A DNA stretch of 64,000 nt from Gemmatimonadota bacterium (GTDB taxonomy: Bacteria; Gemmatimonadota; Gemmatimonadetes; JACCXV01; JAHWKZ01). The position numbers and the translations under genes were made by a program. Shown here in pieces: positions 18,072 through 26,574 of the stretch (position 1 is its first letter; each line of letters begins with the position of its first letter). The stretch is taken from assembly GCA_036556305.1 (NCBI GenBank), contig DATBJO010000026.1, positions 23,427 to 87,426 on the forward strand. Reading direction: 5' to 3'. The notes below the pieces were generated by a model that saw only the letters and a program-made list of their open reading frames with translations, did no database searches and was not told the origin of the DNA.

Positions 18072-19481
18072 ATGCCGCTCGACCTCCACGACCGGTCCCA
18101 GCGCGTCTACGACGACGTCCTCGAAGGGCTCGGAAACACTCCTCTGATCCGCCTCAAGCGGATCACGCGCGGGATCCGCATGCCGGTCTACGCGAAGGCC
18201 GAGTACCTGAGCCCCGGCGGCAGCGTGAAGGACCGGATCGGGGTGCCGATCATCGAGGCGGCGGAGAAGGCCGGGAGGCTCAAGCCCGGCGGAACGATCG
18301 TCGAGGCGACGGCGGGGAACACGGGCCTCGCGCTCGCGATCGCCGCCGCGATCAAGGGCTACCGCTGCGTGTTCGTGATGCCGGACAAGATGAGCCTCGA
18401 GAAGCAGCGTCTGCTCAAGGCCTTCGGCGCGCGCATCGTCGTCACGCCCACCGCGGTCCCGCCCGACCATCCCGACTATTATCTCAACACGGCGCGCAAG
18501 ATCGCCGAAGAGACCCCCAACGCGATCTTCGCCGATCAGTTCTACAATCGCGCGAACACCGACGCCCACTACGCGACGACGGGCCCCGAGATCTGGAAAC
18601 AGACGCGGGGACGGATCGCCGCGTTCGTTGCTGGAATGGGCACCGGTGGCACGATCAGCGGGGTGGGACGCTACTTGAAGGAGCAGGACCCCGACATCCG
18701 CATCGTGGGCGCGGATCCCGTCGGATCGATCCTCGGGCATTACAAAGAGACTGGTGAAATCGTTGAGGGGAAGACCTACATGGTCGAGGGCATCGGGATG
18801 GACAAGATCCCAGCGACGCTGGACATCGAGTACGTCGACGAGATCCGCGACGTGAACGACAAGGACTCGTTCCAGATGGCCCGCAGGCTGACCCGCGAGG
18901 AGGGGCTGTTCGTGGGCGGCTCGTCGGGCACGATGACGAAGGTGGCCCTCGAGGTGGCGCGCGAGCTCGACGATCCCGAGCGCTGCGTGGTGACGATGCT
19001 CTGCGACGTGGGCGAGCGTTATCTGTCGAAGTTCCACTCCGACGAGTGGATGCGGGAGAACCGGATGCTCGAGGACGAGCGCGTCGAGGTCGCCTATCTG
19101 CTCGAGCGCAAGGCGCGCGCGGAGGCTCCGCCCCTCATCGCGATCGAAGGCGGCGCGAGCGTTCGCGAAGCGCTGCGGCTCATGGAGAAATACAACGTCA
19201 GCCAGATCCCGGTGATCGAGGATTCGCGGCAGCTCGGCAGCCTGTCGGAGGGCACGCTGCTGAACCGGGTTCTGGCGGAGCCGGAAGCGATGGACCGCCC
19301 GTTGTCGGGGTATCTCGAGCCGCCGTTCCCCACCGTCGAGGAGACGACGAGCATGAAATCGGTCATCGGACACCTGACCGGAGGTGAAAGCGCGCTCCTG
19401 GTGTGCAGGGGCCGACAGTTCGTCGGCATCCTGACGAAGTTCGACGTCCTTCACTACGTCACGAACGGAGGTGGACGATGA
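18072..19481 (+). CDS. Cystathionine beta-synthase (PLP-dependent CysK/CBS fold plus a C-terminal CBS-domain pair)
   Basis: GNTPLIRL....PGGSVKDRIG (PLP lysine)...EATAGNTGLALA...GTGGTISG. The C-terminal region has two Bateman (CBS) domains. Confidence 0.85.
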   Translation: MPLDLHDRSQRVYDDVLEGLGNTPLIRLKRITRGIRMPVYAKAEYLSPGGSVKDRIGVPIIEAAEKAGRLKPGGTIVEATAGNTGLALAIAAAIKGYRCVFVMPDKMSLEKQRLLKAFGARIVVTPTAVPPDHPDYYLNTARKIAEETPNAIFADQFYNRANTDAHYATTGPEIWKQTRGRIAAFVAGMGTGGTISGVGRYLKEQDPDIRIVGADPVGSILGHYKETGEIVEGKTYMVEGIGMDKIPATLDIEYVDEIRDVNDKDSFQMARRLTREEGLFVGGSSGTMTKVALEVARELDDPERCVVTMLCDVGERYLSKFHSDEWMRENRMLEDERVEVAYLLERKARAEAPPLIAIEGGASVREALRLMEKYNVSQIPVIEDSRQLGSLSEGTLLNRVLAEPEAMDRPLSGYLEPPFPTVEETTSMKSVIGHLTGGESALLVCRGRQFVGILTKFDVLHYVTNGGGR

Positions 19482-19873
19482 AGCACAGCCTCTGGATCCT
19501 CGGTTTTCTGCTCGGAGTCGCCGCCTGTGCCGACGACGGGGGCCCTGCCGGTCCGGGTGAGAAGGCGCTCGCGTTCTCGTTGTCGGCGCCGAGCTCGGTT
19601 CCCACGAAACAAGGCGTCGATCTCGAGATCCGGGTCACGCGGGCGGCGCTCGTCAACTATCCCCTGACCGTGACCTTCGAAGAGGCCAATCAGGATCAAC
19701 CGTACGCGCTCGTGGCGACGGTGCTGCTCCAGAAGCCCGAGGATACGACCGCGAGCATCTCGGAAGATGCGGCGCGCGATCCCCTCTACCGAGTCACGAT
19801 CTGCGAAGCCGGGCTGGCGGCCAAGCTGTGCGTCTCGAAGACGGCGCAGGTCGACGTCCTCGACTTCCCTTGA
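19478..19873 (+). CDS. Lipoprotein of unknown function
   Basis: MKHSLWILGFLLGVAACADDGG has a lipobox. The ATG overlaps the CBS stop codon (ATGA). Confidence 0.5.
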   Translation: MKHSLWILGFLLGVAACADDGGPAGPGEKALAFSLSAPSSVPTKQGVDLEIRVTRAALVNYPLTVTFEEANQDQPYALVATVLLQKPEDTTASISEDAARDPLYRVTICEAGLAAKLCVSKTAQVDVLDFP

Positions 19874-19886
19874 GTCCCCGGACGGC

Positions 19887-20792
19887 GTGAGCGTCGATCG
19901 CTCGCGGTTTCCCACCGAAGGGATCAATCCGCGCACGACGGACATCGACACTCTCGAGCCGCGCGCGATCCTCGATCGGATCCACGCCGAGGATCGGCGC
20001 GCGGTGGAAGCCGTCGGCGAGGTCCTCGACGACGTGGCCGAGGCGGTGGAGCGGGTCGTGCGCGCGTTCGAGTCCGGCGGTCGCCTGATCTACGTCGGGG
20101 CGGGGACGAGCGGTCGGCTGGGCGTCCTCGACGCGGCGGAGTGTCCGCCCACCTTCGGGACCGACCCGACGCAGATCCAGGCGGTTCTGGCCGGCGGGCC
20201 GGACGCGATGTGGCGCGCGCGCGAGGGCGCCGAGGACGTCTCCGATGACGGCGCCGCGGCGATCGCCGAGCGCGGCGTGGGCGAGCGCGACATCGTCCTC
20301 GGGATCGCGGCGGGCTCCACGACCCCGTTCGTGATCGGCGCCCTCAGGGAAGCGAGCCGGCGCGGGGCAGGAACGGTCTTCCTGACCTGCGTCCCACCGG
20401 ACGACGTTCCGATCGGGAACGAGGTGGACCTCGTCATCGCGCCGCTGACCGGGCCCGAGGCGATCGCGGGCTCGACCCGAATGAAGGCCGGCACCGCGAC
20501 CAAGCTCGTCCTCAACATGCTGACGACCGCGGCGATGGTGCGGATGGGGAAGACGTACGGGAACCTGATGGTGGACCTGCAGGTGACCGCGGCGAAGCTC
20601 GAAGACCGGGGGCGGCGGATCCTCCGCGACCTGCTGGGAATCGGCTACGACGAGGCCGGCGATCTCCTGCGCGAGGCGGGCGGCCGCGTGAAGACCGGGC
20701 TCGTCATGCATCGGCGCAAGGTCGGACGCGAGGAGGCCGAGCGGCTGCTCGCCGAGGCGGGTGGATTCCTGCGGAGCGCATGGGGCGAGTGA
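19887..20792 (+). CDS. murQ: N-acetylmuramic acid 6-phosphate etherase
   Basis: EGINPRTTDIDTLE...LIYVGAGTSGRLGVLDAAECPPTFG...GIAAGSTTPFV is a SIS-domain MurQ signature. The start is probably GTG. Confidence 0.8.
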   Translation: MSVDRSRFPTEGINPRTTDIDTLEPRAILDRIHAEDRRAVEAVGEVLDDVAEAVERVVRAFESGGRLIYVGAGTSGRLGVLDAAECPPTFGTDPTQIQAVLAGGPDAMWRAREGAEDVSDDGAAAIAERGVGERDIVLGIAAGSTTPFVIGALREASRRGAGTVFLTCVPPDDVPIGNEVDLVIAPLTGPEAIAGSTRMKAGTATKLVLNMLTTAAMVRMGKTYGNLMVDLQVTAAKLEDRGRRILRDLLGIGYDEAGDLLREAGGRVKTGLVMHRRKVGREEAERLLAEAGGFLRSAWGE

Positions 20793-20799
20793 CCGAGCC

Positions 20800-20828
20800 G
20801 GGGGCGCCCGCGGACGCGGGCGCCCCGC
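20800..20828. terminator. GC-rich inverted repeat (GGGGCGCCCGCG..CGCGGGCGCCCC) between convergent murQ and dodecin. Likely a bidirectional intrinsic terminator.
   Basis: A perfect 12-bp-arm palindrome seen directly in the sequence, 8 nt after the murQ stop codon. Confidence 0.45.
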
Positions 20829-20834
20829 GGACGC

Positions 20835-21044
20835 TCAGCGGTTGGTTTCGACCTCGAACGTGATCTTCGCGTTCAGTCGGTACGCGGTGATCTTGCCACC
20901 CTCGACGACGCCCTGCATGCCCTCGACCCAGATCCCCTTGATCCCCTTGACGGTCTCCGCGGCCTCGGCCACGGCCATGCGCGCGGCGTCCTCCCACCCC
21001 TTCGGAGATTGAGCCTTGATCTCGATCACCTTGTGCACGCTCAT
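20835..21044 (-). CDS. Dodecin family flavin-binding protein (69 aa)
   Basis: MSVHKVIEIKAQSPKGWEDAARMAVAEAAETVKGIKGIWVEGMQGVVEGGKITAYRLNAKITFEVE matches dodecin over its whole length. The upstream part of the track ORF is spurious. The Shine-Dalgarno sequence GGGAGGTG precedes the ATG. Confidence 0.7.
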   Translation of the reverse strand: MSVHKVIEIKAQSPKGWEDAARMAVAEAAETVKGIKGIWVEGMQGVVEGGKITAYRLNAKITFEVETNR

Positions 21045-21097
21045 CCCGCACCTCCCGTTTCGGTTCGTCAGTCCGGGTAGTGTACACGCGGGCACCG

Positions 21098-21126
21098 AAA
21101 GCGAAAGCCCCCTTCCGGAGAAGGGG
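21098..21126 (-). promoter_or_regulatory. Perfect 11-bp-stem hairpin (AAAGCCCCCTT-ccggag-AAGGGGGCTTT) in the divergent dodecin/anmK intergenic region. On the minus strand a U-rich tract follows. It is in the dodecin 5' leader.
   Basis: Inverted repeat seen directly in the sequence. Position relative to the dodecin start codon is about 55 nt. Confidence 0.3.
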
Positions 21127-21302
21127 GCTTTCTGACGCCACCACCGCGGGGCCGCGGTTGCTGTTCGACGGCGGCGGCGTTTCCTGTCTTCTGATACGCG
21201 TCGGCGAGCGGCAGGTTCCGCCAGCGCGAAAAAACTTCGCTGGGCGACTTCCACCACGAACCGGGTTGGCCGGGTGGGGCGGCCGTCCTACGTTGGGGCC
21301 CG

Positions 21303-22520
21303 ATGACGACGCCGACGCCGATCGAGCGGCTCGCGGACGGACTCCGAGCCCCGGAGGGGGCCCTCGTCGTGGGACTCATGTCGGGAACGAGCGCCGACGG
21401 AGTCGACGGCGCCTGCTGCCGGCTCGGCGGGGAGGGGCGCGGGCTCCGCTGCGAGGTCCTGGGGACCGCGGCGCGCTCCTATGACGTCGAGCTGAGGCGC
21501 GCCCTCCGCCGGCCCGAGGAGCTCAGGGTGCCGGCGGTGGCCCGACTCTCGGTCGAGCTCGGCGCCGCCTTCGCCGAGACCGCGCGCGCGGCGGTCGCGG
21601 CCGCCGGGGTGGCGCTCGATCGCGTGGCGCTGATCGCGAGCCACGGCCAGACGCTCTGGCACGATCCGCGCGGCGCTCACGGCGGCGTGCGCTGCACGTT
21701 CCAGATCGGCGAGGCGGCCGAGATCGCCGAGCGCACGGGGGTGCCGGTCTGGCACGACTTCCGGCCCGCCGACGTGGCCGCGGGCGGCGAGGGCGCCCCG
21801 CTCGTCCCGTTCGCGGACTGGGTCCTCTTCACCCTCGACGACCGCTGGACGGTGTGCCTGAACGTGGGCGGGATCGCGAACGTGACGCTCCTCCCTCCGG
21901 GCGCGACCATCGACGCGGTGACCGCGTTCGACACCGGACCCGGCAACATGACGATCGACGCGCTCGCCGAGCGCCTGCTCGGGAGCTCGTACGACGCCGG
22001 CGGGGCGGCGGCGCGCGGGGGGAACGTCGACGCCGGGAGGCTCGCGGCCGCTCTCGACGATCCTTACTTCGCGCGCCCGGCCCCGAAGTCGACCGGCCGC
22101 GAGCGGTTCGGGCTGGCCTGGACCGAGCAGCGCTTCGGTCCCCTCGAAGGCGTCGGGGAGCAGGAGGCGCGAAACCGGCTCGCCACGGCGGCGGCCGTGA
22201 CGGTCGAATCGATCGCGAGGGCGATCGAAGGGCAGGCCGGAACGCCGCCCGTGCCCGGCGAGGCGCGCGTGCTCGTTTCCGGCGGGGGCCGCCGGAACCG
22301 CACGCTCATGGAAGGACTCGCCCGCCGGCTCGCTCCGCGCGAGGTCGTTCCCATCGACGACGTGGGCCTCGACGGCGACCACAAGGAGGCGATCGCGTTC
22401 GCGATCCTCGGGTACGAGAGCGCGCTCGGCCGCGCGGTGGCCCTGCCCGGCGCGACCGGCGCACGCCATCCCGCGCGGCTCGGGAAGCTGGCGTTCCCGC
22501 CGCCGCGGGCCGGCGGATGA
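21303..22520 (+). CDS. anmK: Anhydro-N-acetylmuramic acid kinase
   Basis: GLMSGTSADGVD...GPGNM.IDA...KSTGRE.F are AnmK signatures. Length 405 aa. Confidence 0.85.
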   Translation: MTTPTPIERLADGLRAPEGALVVGLMSGTSADGVDGACCRLGGEGRGLRCEVLGTAARSYDVELRRALRRPEELRVPAVARLSVELGAAFAETARAAVAAAGVALDRVALIASHGQTLWHDPRGAHGGVRCTFQIGEAAEIAERTGVPVWHDFRPADVAAGGEGAPLVPFADWVLFTLDDRWTVCLNVGGIANVTLLPPGATIDAVTAFDTGPGNMTIDALAERLLGSSYDAGGAAARGGNVDAGRLAAALDDPYFARPAPKSTGRERFGLAWTEQRFGPLEGVGEQEARNRLATAAAVTVESIARAIEGQAGTPPVPGEARVLVSGGGRRNRTLMEGLARRLAPREVVPIDDVGLDGDHKEAIAFAILGYESALGRAVALPGATGARHPARLGKLAFPPPRAGG

Positions 22521-24094
22521 CGGTCGCGTTCCCGACCGCCGCCGCGCTGTCTCCGACCGAGATCGCGGGACAGCTCGTCTGCGTGGCGCTCCGCGACTAT
22601 CGCGGAGATCGGGCCGCGCGCGAGGCCTTCCTGGGCGCATTCGAGCGATACCGCTGGGGCGGCGTCATCGTCTTCGGCGGCGACCTCGACGCGATCGTCG
22701 ACCTCCTCGCCGAAGCGCGCGAGCGCTCGCCCATCCCGCCGCTCGTCACCGGCGACTTCGAACGCGGGCTGGGGCAACAGTTTCCCGGGGCGGGAACGCG
22801 GTTCCCGTCGTTCATGGCCTTCGGGGCGGCCGGCGACCCCTCGCTCGCGCGAGCCGCATGGACGGAGATCGGGCGCGAGCTCGCCGCGTACGGCTTCCAC
22901 GTCGATTTCGCCCCGGTCGCCGACCTCGCGATCGAGCCGGCCAACCCGATCGTCGCCGACCGCGCGGCGAGCGACGATCCCGCGCTCGCGGCCGCGCTCG
23001 TGGCCGCGACGGTCGAAGGGCTCCAGTCCGCGGGCGTGGCCGCGACCGTCAAGCATTTCCCGGGTCACGGGCGGACGACGGTCGACAGCCACGTGGTCCT
23101 TCCGGTGGTCGAGTCCGGTCGCGCCGATCTCGAAGCGGGCGACTGGGTCCCGTTCCGGGCCGGCATCGAGGCCGGAGTCCGCCTCGCGATGAGCGCGCAC
23201 GTGGCGTTCCCCGCGCTCGAGCCCGACGGCGCCCGCGACCGGCCGGCGACGTTCTCCCGCGCGCTCGCGACCGGGCTCCTGCGGGAGGAGTGGGGGTTCG
23301 AGGGACTCCTGTGCAGCGACGCGCTCATGATGGGGGCGCTGAGCGGCGAGAGCCCCGGCGCGGCGGCGCGGCGCGCGCTCGAGGCCGGGGTCGACTGGCT
23401 GCTCTATCCGCCCGAGCCCGAGCGCGTCCACGCCGAGATCGCCGCGGCGATCGAGGCGGACGCCGGACTCGAGGCGAGATGCGCGCGGGCGACCGATCGA
23501 CTGCTCGAGCTCAAGCGCTGGGCGATCCGCGACGGAACGGCCCTCGCCGGCTCGACCCTCGCCACGTCCGCCGCCGCGATCGCCGAAGCCGTCGCCGGGG
23601 CCGCGCTCGTCGCCGCGCCCTCCGACCCGCCGCCCGGTCCGGCGTGGCCCGACCGCGCGCAGTGGGTCGTGATCCTGGACGGAGGGATCGGGATCGACGA
23701 AGTCGTGCTCGCGGACGAGCTCGCGCCGGCCGCGGCGCGCGAGCTCGTCGTCGTCGACACGGGCGCGGGCGCCGACGCGGTGCTCGAGGCGATAGACCAG
23801 GCGCGCCGCCGCTGCTCGCGGGCGTGGGTCGCGTGCGCTGTCTTCAGCCCGGTGCGCGCGTGGAAGGGACGCGCGGGTCTGTCGGCCGCCGCGCGCGAGG
23901 CCGTCAAGGTCGCGACCGCCGAGGCGAGCGAGGCCGTCTTGATCCTGTTCTCGAATCCCCGTATCGTGAACGAGCTCGAAGCACCGTCCCGTGTCGTATG
24001 GACGCACGGAGAGGCGCCCGCGAGCCAGCGCGCGGCGCTCGACTTCCTGCGCGGGTCGCTCGCCCCCCTCGGACGTCTCCCCGTGCGGCTCTGA
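22517..24094 (+). CDS. nagZ: Glycoside hydrolase family 3 beta-N-acetylhexosaminidase (NagZ-like) with a C-terminal extension
   Basis: The KHFPGHG motif plus the GH3 N-terminal domain. The ATG overlaps the anmK stop codon (ATGA). Confidence 0.75.
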   Translation: MTVAFPTAAALSPTEIAGQLVCVALRDYRGDRAAREAFLGAFERYRWGGVIVFGGDLDAIVDLLAEARERSPIPPLVTGDFERGLGQQFPGAGTRFPSFMAFGAAGDPSLARAAWTEIGRELAAYGFHVDFAPVADLAIEPANPIVADRAASDDPALAAALVAATVEGLQSAGVAATVKHFPGHGRTTVDSHVVLPVVESGRADLEAGDWVPFRAGIEAGVRLAMSAHVAFPALEPDGARDRPATFSRALATGLLREEWGFEGLLCSDALMMGALSGESPGAAARRALEAGVDWLLYPPEPERVHAEIAAAIEADAGLEARCARATDRLLELKRWAIRDGTALAGSTLATSAAAIAEAVAGAALVAAPSDPPPGPAWPDRAQWVVILDGGIGIDEVVLADELAPAAARELVVVDTGAGADAVLEAIDQARRRCSRAWVACAVFSPVRAWKGRAGLSAAAREAVKVATAEASEAVLILFSNPRIVNELEAPSRVVWTHGEAPASQRAALDFLRGSLAPLGRLPVRL

Positions 24095-24125
24095 AACGGT
24101 TGAACCTTCTCCCCCCGACGATAGT

Positions 24126-25520
24126 ATGAAGCGCATGCCGTTCCGGATCCGGATTCTTTCGCCGCCGCTGGCCGGTCTCCTCTGCGTCCTGGCCGTCGCC
24201 TCCACCGCCCACGCCCCACGCCCGGTCCGGGCTCAGTCGCTTCAGGACGATCCGTTCGCCGTCCCCGTCGGCCTCGAGTCGGCGGTCGAGTTCTGGAAGA
24301 AGGTCTACGGCGAGTGGAGCCAGGACGAGGTCACGTTCCACGACCGGGACGACCTCGACATCGTCTACCGGAGGATGAACCAGAAGAAATCGGAGACCCC
24401 GTCCGGCTACGCCGCGAACGAGGCGGCGCAACAGGCGATCGTCGATCACTACCGTCGGATCCTGCTGGACCTGGCGACGCGCAATCCCGACCCGCGCACT
24501 CTGAGCGGGGAGTACGCCGAGGTCCATGCGCTCTTCGGCGCGCGCGGAAATCCCGATCGCTGGCGGCGCGCCGCGGACCGGATCCGTGTCCAGCGGGGCC
24601 TCAGGGAGCACTTCCAGAGGGGGCTGATCCACGCGGGTCAGTTCCGCGAGCACATCCTCGAGATCTTCCGCGAGGAAGGGATCCCCGAGGAGATCGCCTG
24701 GCTCCCGATGGTCGAATCGACGTTCAACGTCGAGGCGCGGTCGAAAGTGGGCGCCGCCGGCGTGTGGCAGTTCATGCCGGGCACCGGCCGGCTCTACATG
24801 CGGGTCGACGCCACCGTCGACGAGCGGCTGGATCCGATCCTCGCGGCGCGTGGGGCGGCGCGGCTGCTCAAACAGAACTACCAGGGGCTCCGCTCCTGGC
24901 CGCTGGCGCTGACCGCGTACAACCACGGCTATTACGGGATGCGCCGCGCGGTTGCGCAGGTCGGCACGAACGACTACATGACGATCCGCCGTCTCTACGA
25001 TGGTCCCGCGTTCGGCTTCGCGAGCAAGAACTTCTTCGCCGAGTTCCTGGCCGCGATCGACGTCGCCGAGCACGCGGAGCAGTACTTCGGGCTCCACGAG
25101 CCCTTCCGCACGCTCGAGTTCGACGTCGTCCCGATGCCGGTGGCGATGTCCCTGCGGGATGTCGCGAGCGCGGTCCAGGTCGACGCGGATCGCCTGTGGA
25201 AGCTGAATCCTTCGCTGACCGACGACGTGTGGGCCGGACGGCGCTCGGTCCCTGCGGGGTTCGCCCTGCGCGTTCCGCCTGGCTACGGCCGCGAGGCGCC
25301 TCTCCAGCTCGCCGCTTCGGCGGCGAGCCACGGCGCGAGGACGGTCCGCGCGGCGCCCGGAACGGACCCGACGCCCCGCGTCCATACCGTGCAACGCGGC
25401 GACACACTGACCTCGATCGCGGTGCGCTACGGGCTGTCGGTGGGCGAGCTGATCGCGCTCAACGGTCTCGACGACCGAGACGTGATCCAGGTCGGACAGA
25501 AGCTGGTGATCGCGAAGTAG
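24126..25520 (+). CDS. MltD-like lytic transglycosylase (SLT domain) with a C-terminal LysM domain
   Basis: Signal peptide MKRMPFRIRILSPPLAGLLCVLAVASTAHA. SLT core EIAWLPMVESTFNVEARSKVGAAGVWQFMPGTG...LTAYNHG. The C-terminal region is LysM (HTVQRGDTLTSIAVRYGLSVGELIALNGL). Confidence 0.8.
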   Translation: MKRMPFRIRILSPPLAGLLCVLAVASTAHAPRPVRAQSLQDDPFAVPVGLESAVEFWKKVYGEWSQDEVTFHDRDDLDIVYRRMNQKKSETPSGYAANEAAQQAIVDHYRRILLDLATRNPDPRTLSGEYAEVHALFGARGNPDRWRRAADRIRVQRGLREHFQRGLIHAGQFREHILEIFREEGIPEEIAWLPMVESTFNVEARSKVGAAGVWQFMPGTGRLYMRVDATVDERLDPILAARGAARLLKQNYQGLRSWPLALTAYNHGYYGMRRAVAQVGTNDYMTIRRLYDGPAFGFASKNFFAEFLAAIDVAEHAEQYFGLHEPFRTLEFDVVPMPVAMSLRDVASAVQVDADRLWKLNPSLTDDVWAGRRSVPAGFALRVPPGYGREAPLQLAASAASHGARTVRAAPGTDPTPRVHTVQRGDTLTSIAVRYGLSVGELIALNGLDDRDVIQVGQKLVIAK

Positions 25521-25544
25521 GCCTCGGCCGGGGGGCGGGCGCGG

Positions 25545-26033
25545 TCATCCCCGCGGCTCCGCGAACTCCACCCGCGCGACGGCCTGGTTCAACAGGTAGG
25601 CGCGTTCCAGATTGAGCGTGCGGCTCAGCGGATCGGTCGGGAAGATGAAGAATCCGGGTTGATCCTCCCGGTAGTCGTACGTCAAGCCCACCAGCGTCTC
25701 GCCCCACATCGTCTCGACTCTGAGGACCCGTCCCCCGACGGACGGCGGCCGCGACATCGGCGTCAGATCGTCTTCGGGCTCGTAGCGGCGCGTCCGGCCG
25801 AAGGCGAAGTCGCGAACGAAGAACGCCGCGTAGGTGTCCGCGAACGCGATCTCCCTGCGTTCGCCGGTCTCGCCATCGGCGGACGCGAGCTTGAGATGGA
25901 ACGAAGCCTCGAGCGGATTGAAGACCCGCGAGAATCCCTTGACCCGCGTCCCGTCGGAGAGAAGCGCGACGACCCGGCTCTCGAGGCCGCTATCCATGCC
26001 GCCCACACTACCCTTCTTGCTCCCGCGGATCAA
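25545..26033 (-). CDS. Hypothetical protein, unknown family (tandem paralog A)
   Basis: 162 aa. About 55% identical to the adjacent ORF 26058..26546. Shared blocks are KGFSR.FNP, FHL, GETGE.REIA, FFVRDFAF.RT.RY.PE.DLT, WGE.L.GLTY.Y, PGFF.FPT.PL.R.LNLERAYL. Confidence 0.5.
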   Translation of the reverse strand: MIRGSKKGSVGGMDSGLESRVVALLSDGTRVKGFSRVFNPLEASFHLKLASADGETGERREIAFADTYAAFFVRDFAFGRTRRYEPEDDLTPMSRPPSVGGRVLRVETMWGETLVGLTYDYREDQPGFFIFPTDPLSRTLNLERAYLLNQAVARVEFAEPRG

Positions 26034-26057
26034 CCTGGTGCGCGGTGCAAGGCGAGG

Positions 26058-26546
26058 TCACTTCGCGGGCAGGAAATCGACGCGGGTCACCGCCCGCCGC
26101 GTGAGGTACGCCCGTTCGAGATTGAGCGCGCGCTCGAGCGGCTCGGTGGGGAACAGAAAGAATCCCGGACGCTGGGCCTGATAGCCGTACGTCAGTCCCC
26201 GCAGGACCTCGCCCCACGCGGTCGTGACCTCGATCGCGCGCGCGCCCGCAGATGGCGGAGCGGTCACGGCGGTGAGATCGCCTTCTGGCGTATACCGCTG
26301 GGTACGATCGAAAGCGAAATCGCGGACGAAGAAGACGGCGTGGACGTGCTGCATCGCGATCTCGCGCTGCTCTCCGGTCTCGCCCTCGGGGCCAACGACG
26401 GTCAGATGGAACTGCGGGCGCGCCGGATTGAAGTCGCGCGAGAACCCCTTGAGGCGATTGCCGCCCACGAGCAGGACGATCATGCGGGTCTGGATCGTGG
26501 TCATGTCGTGAGGCCGGACAGTATCCCTCCCGCTCTGGCGAATCAA
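26058..26546 (-). CDS. Hypothetical protein, unknown family (tandem paralog B)
   Basis: See paralog A. Same strand, separated from it by a 24-bp spacer. The start may lie at an internal Met (MTTIQTRMIVLL). Confidence 0.5.
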   Translation of the reverse strand: MIRQSGRDTVRPHDMTTIQTRMIVLLVGGNRLKGFSRDFNPARPQFHLTVVGPEGETGEQREIAMQHVHAVFFVRDFAFDRTQRYTPEGDLTAVTAPPSAGARAIEVTTAWGEVLRGLTYGYQAQRPGFFLFPTEPLERALNLERAYLTRRAVTRVDFLPAK

Positions 26547-26574
26547 CTCCGGGCTTCCTAGGTTGCCGCCGCGG

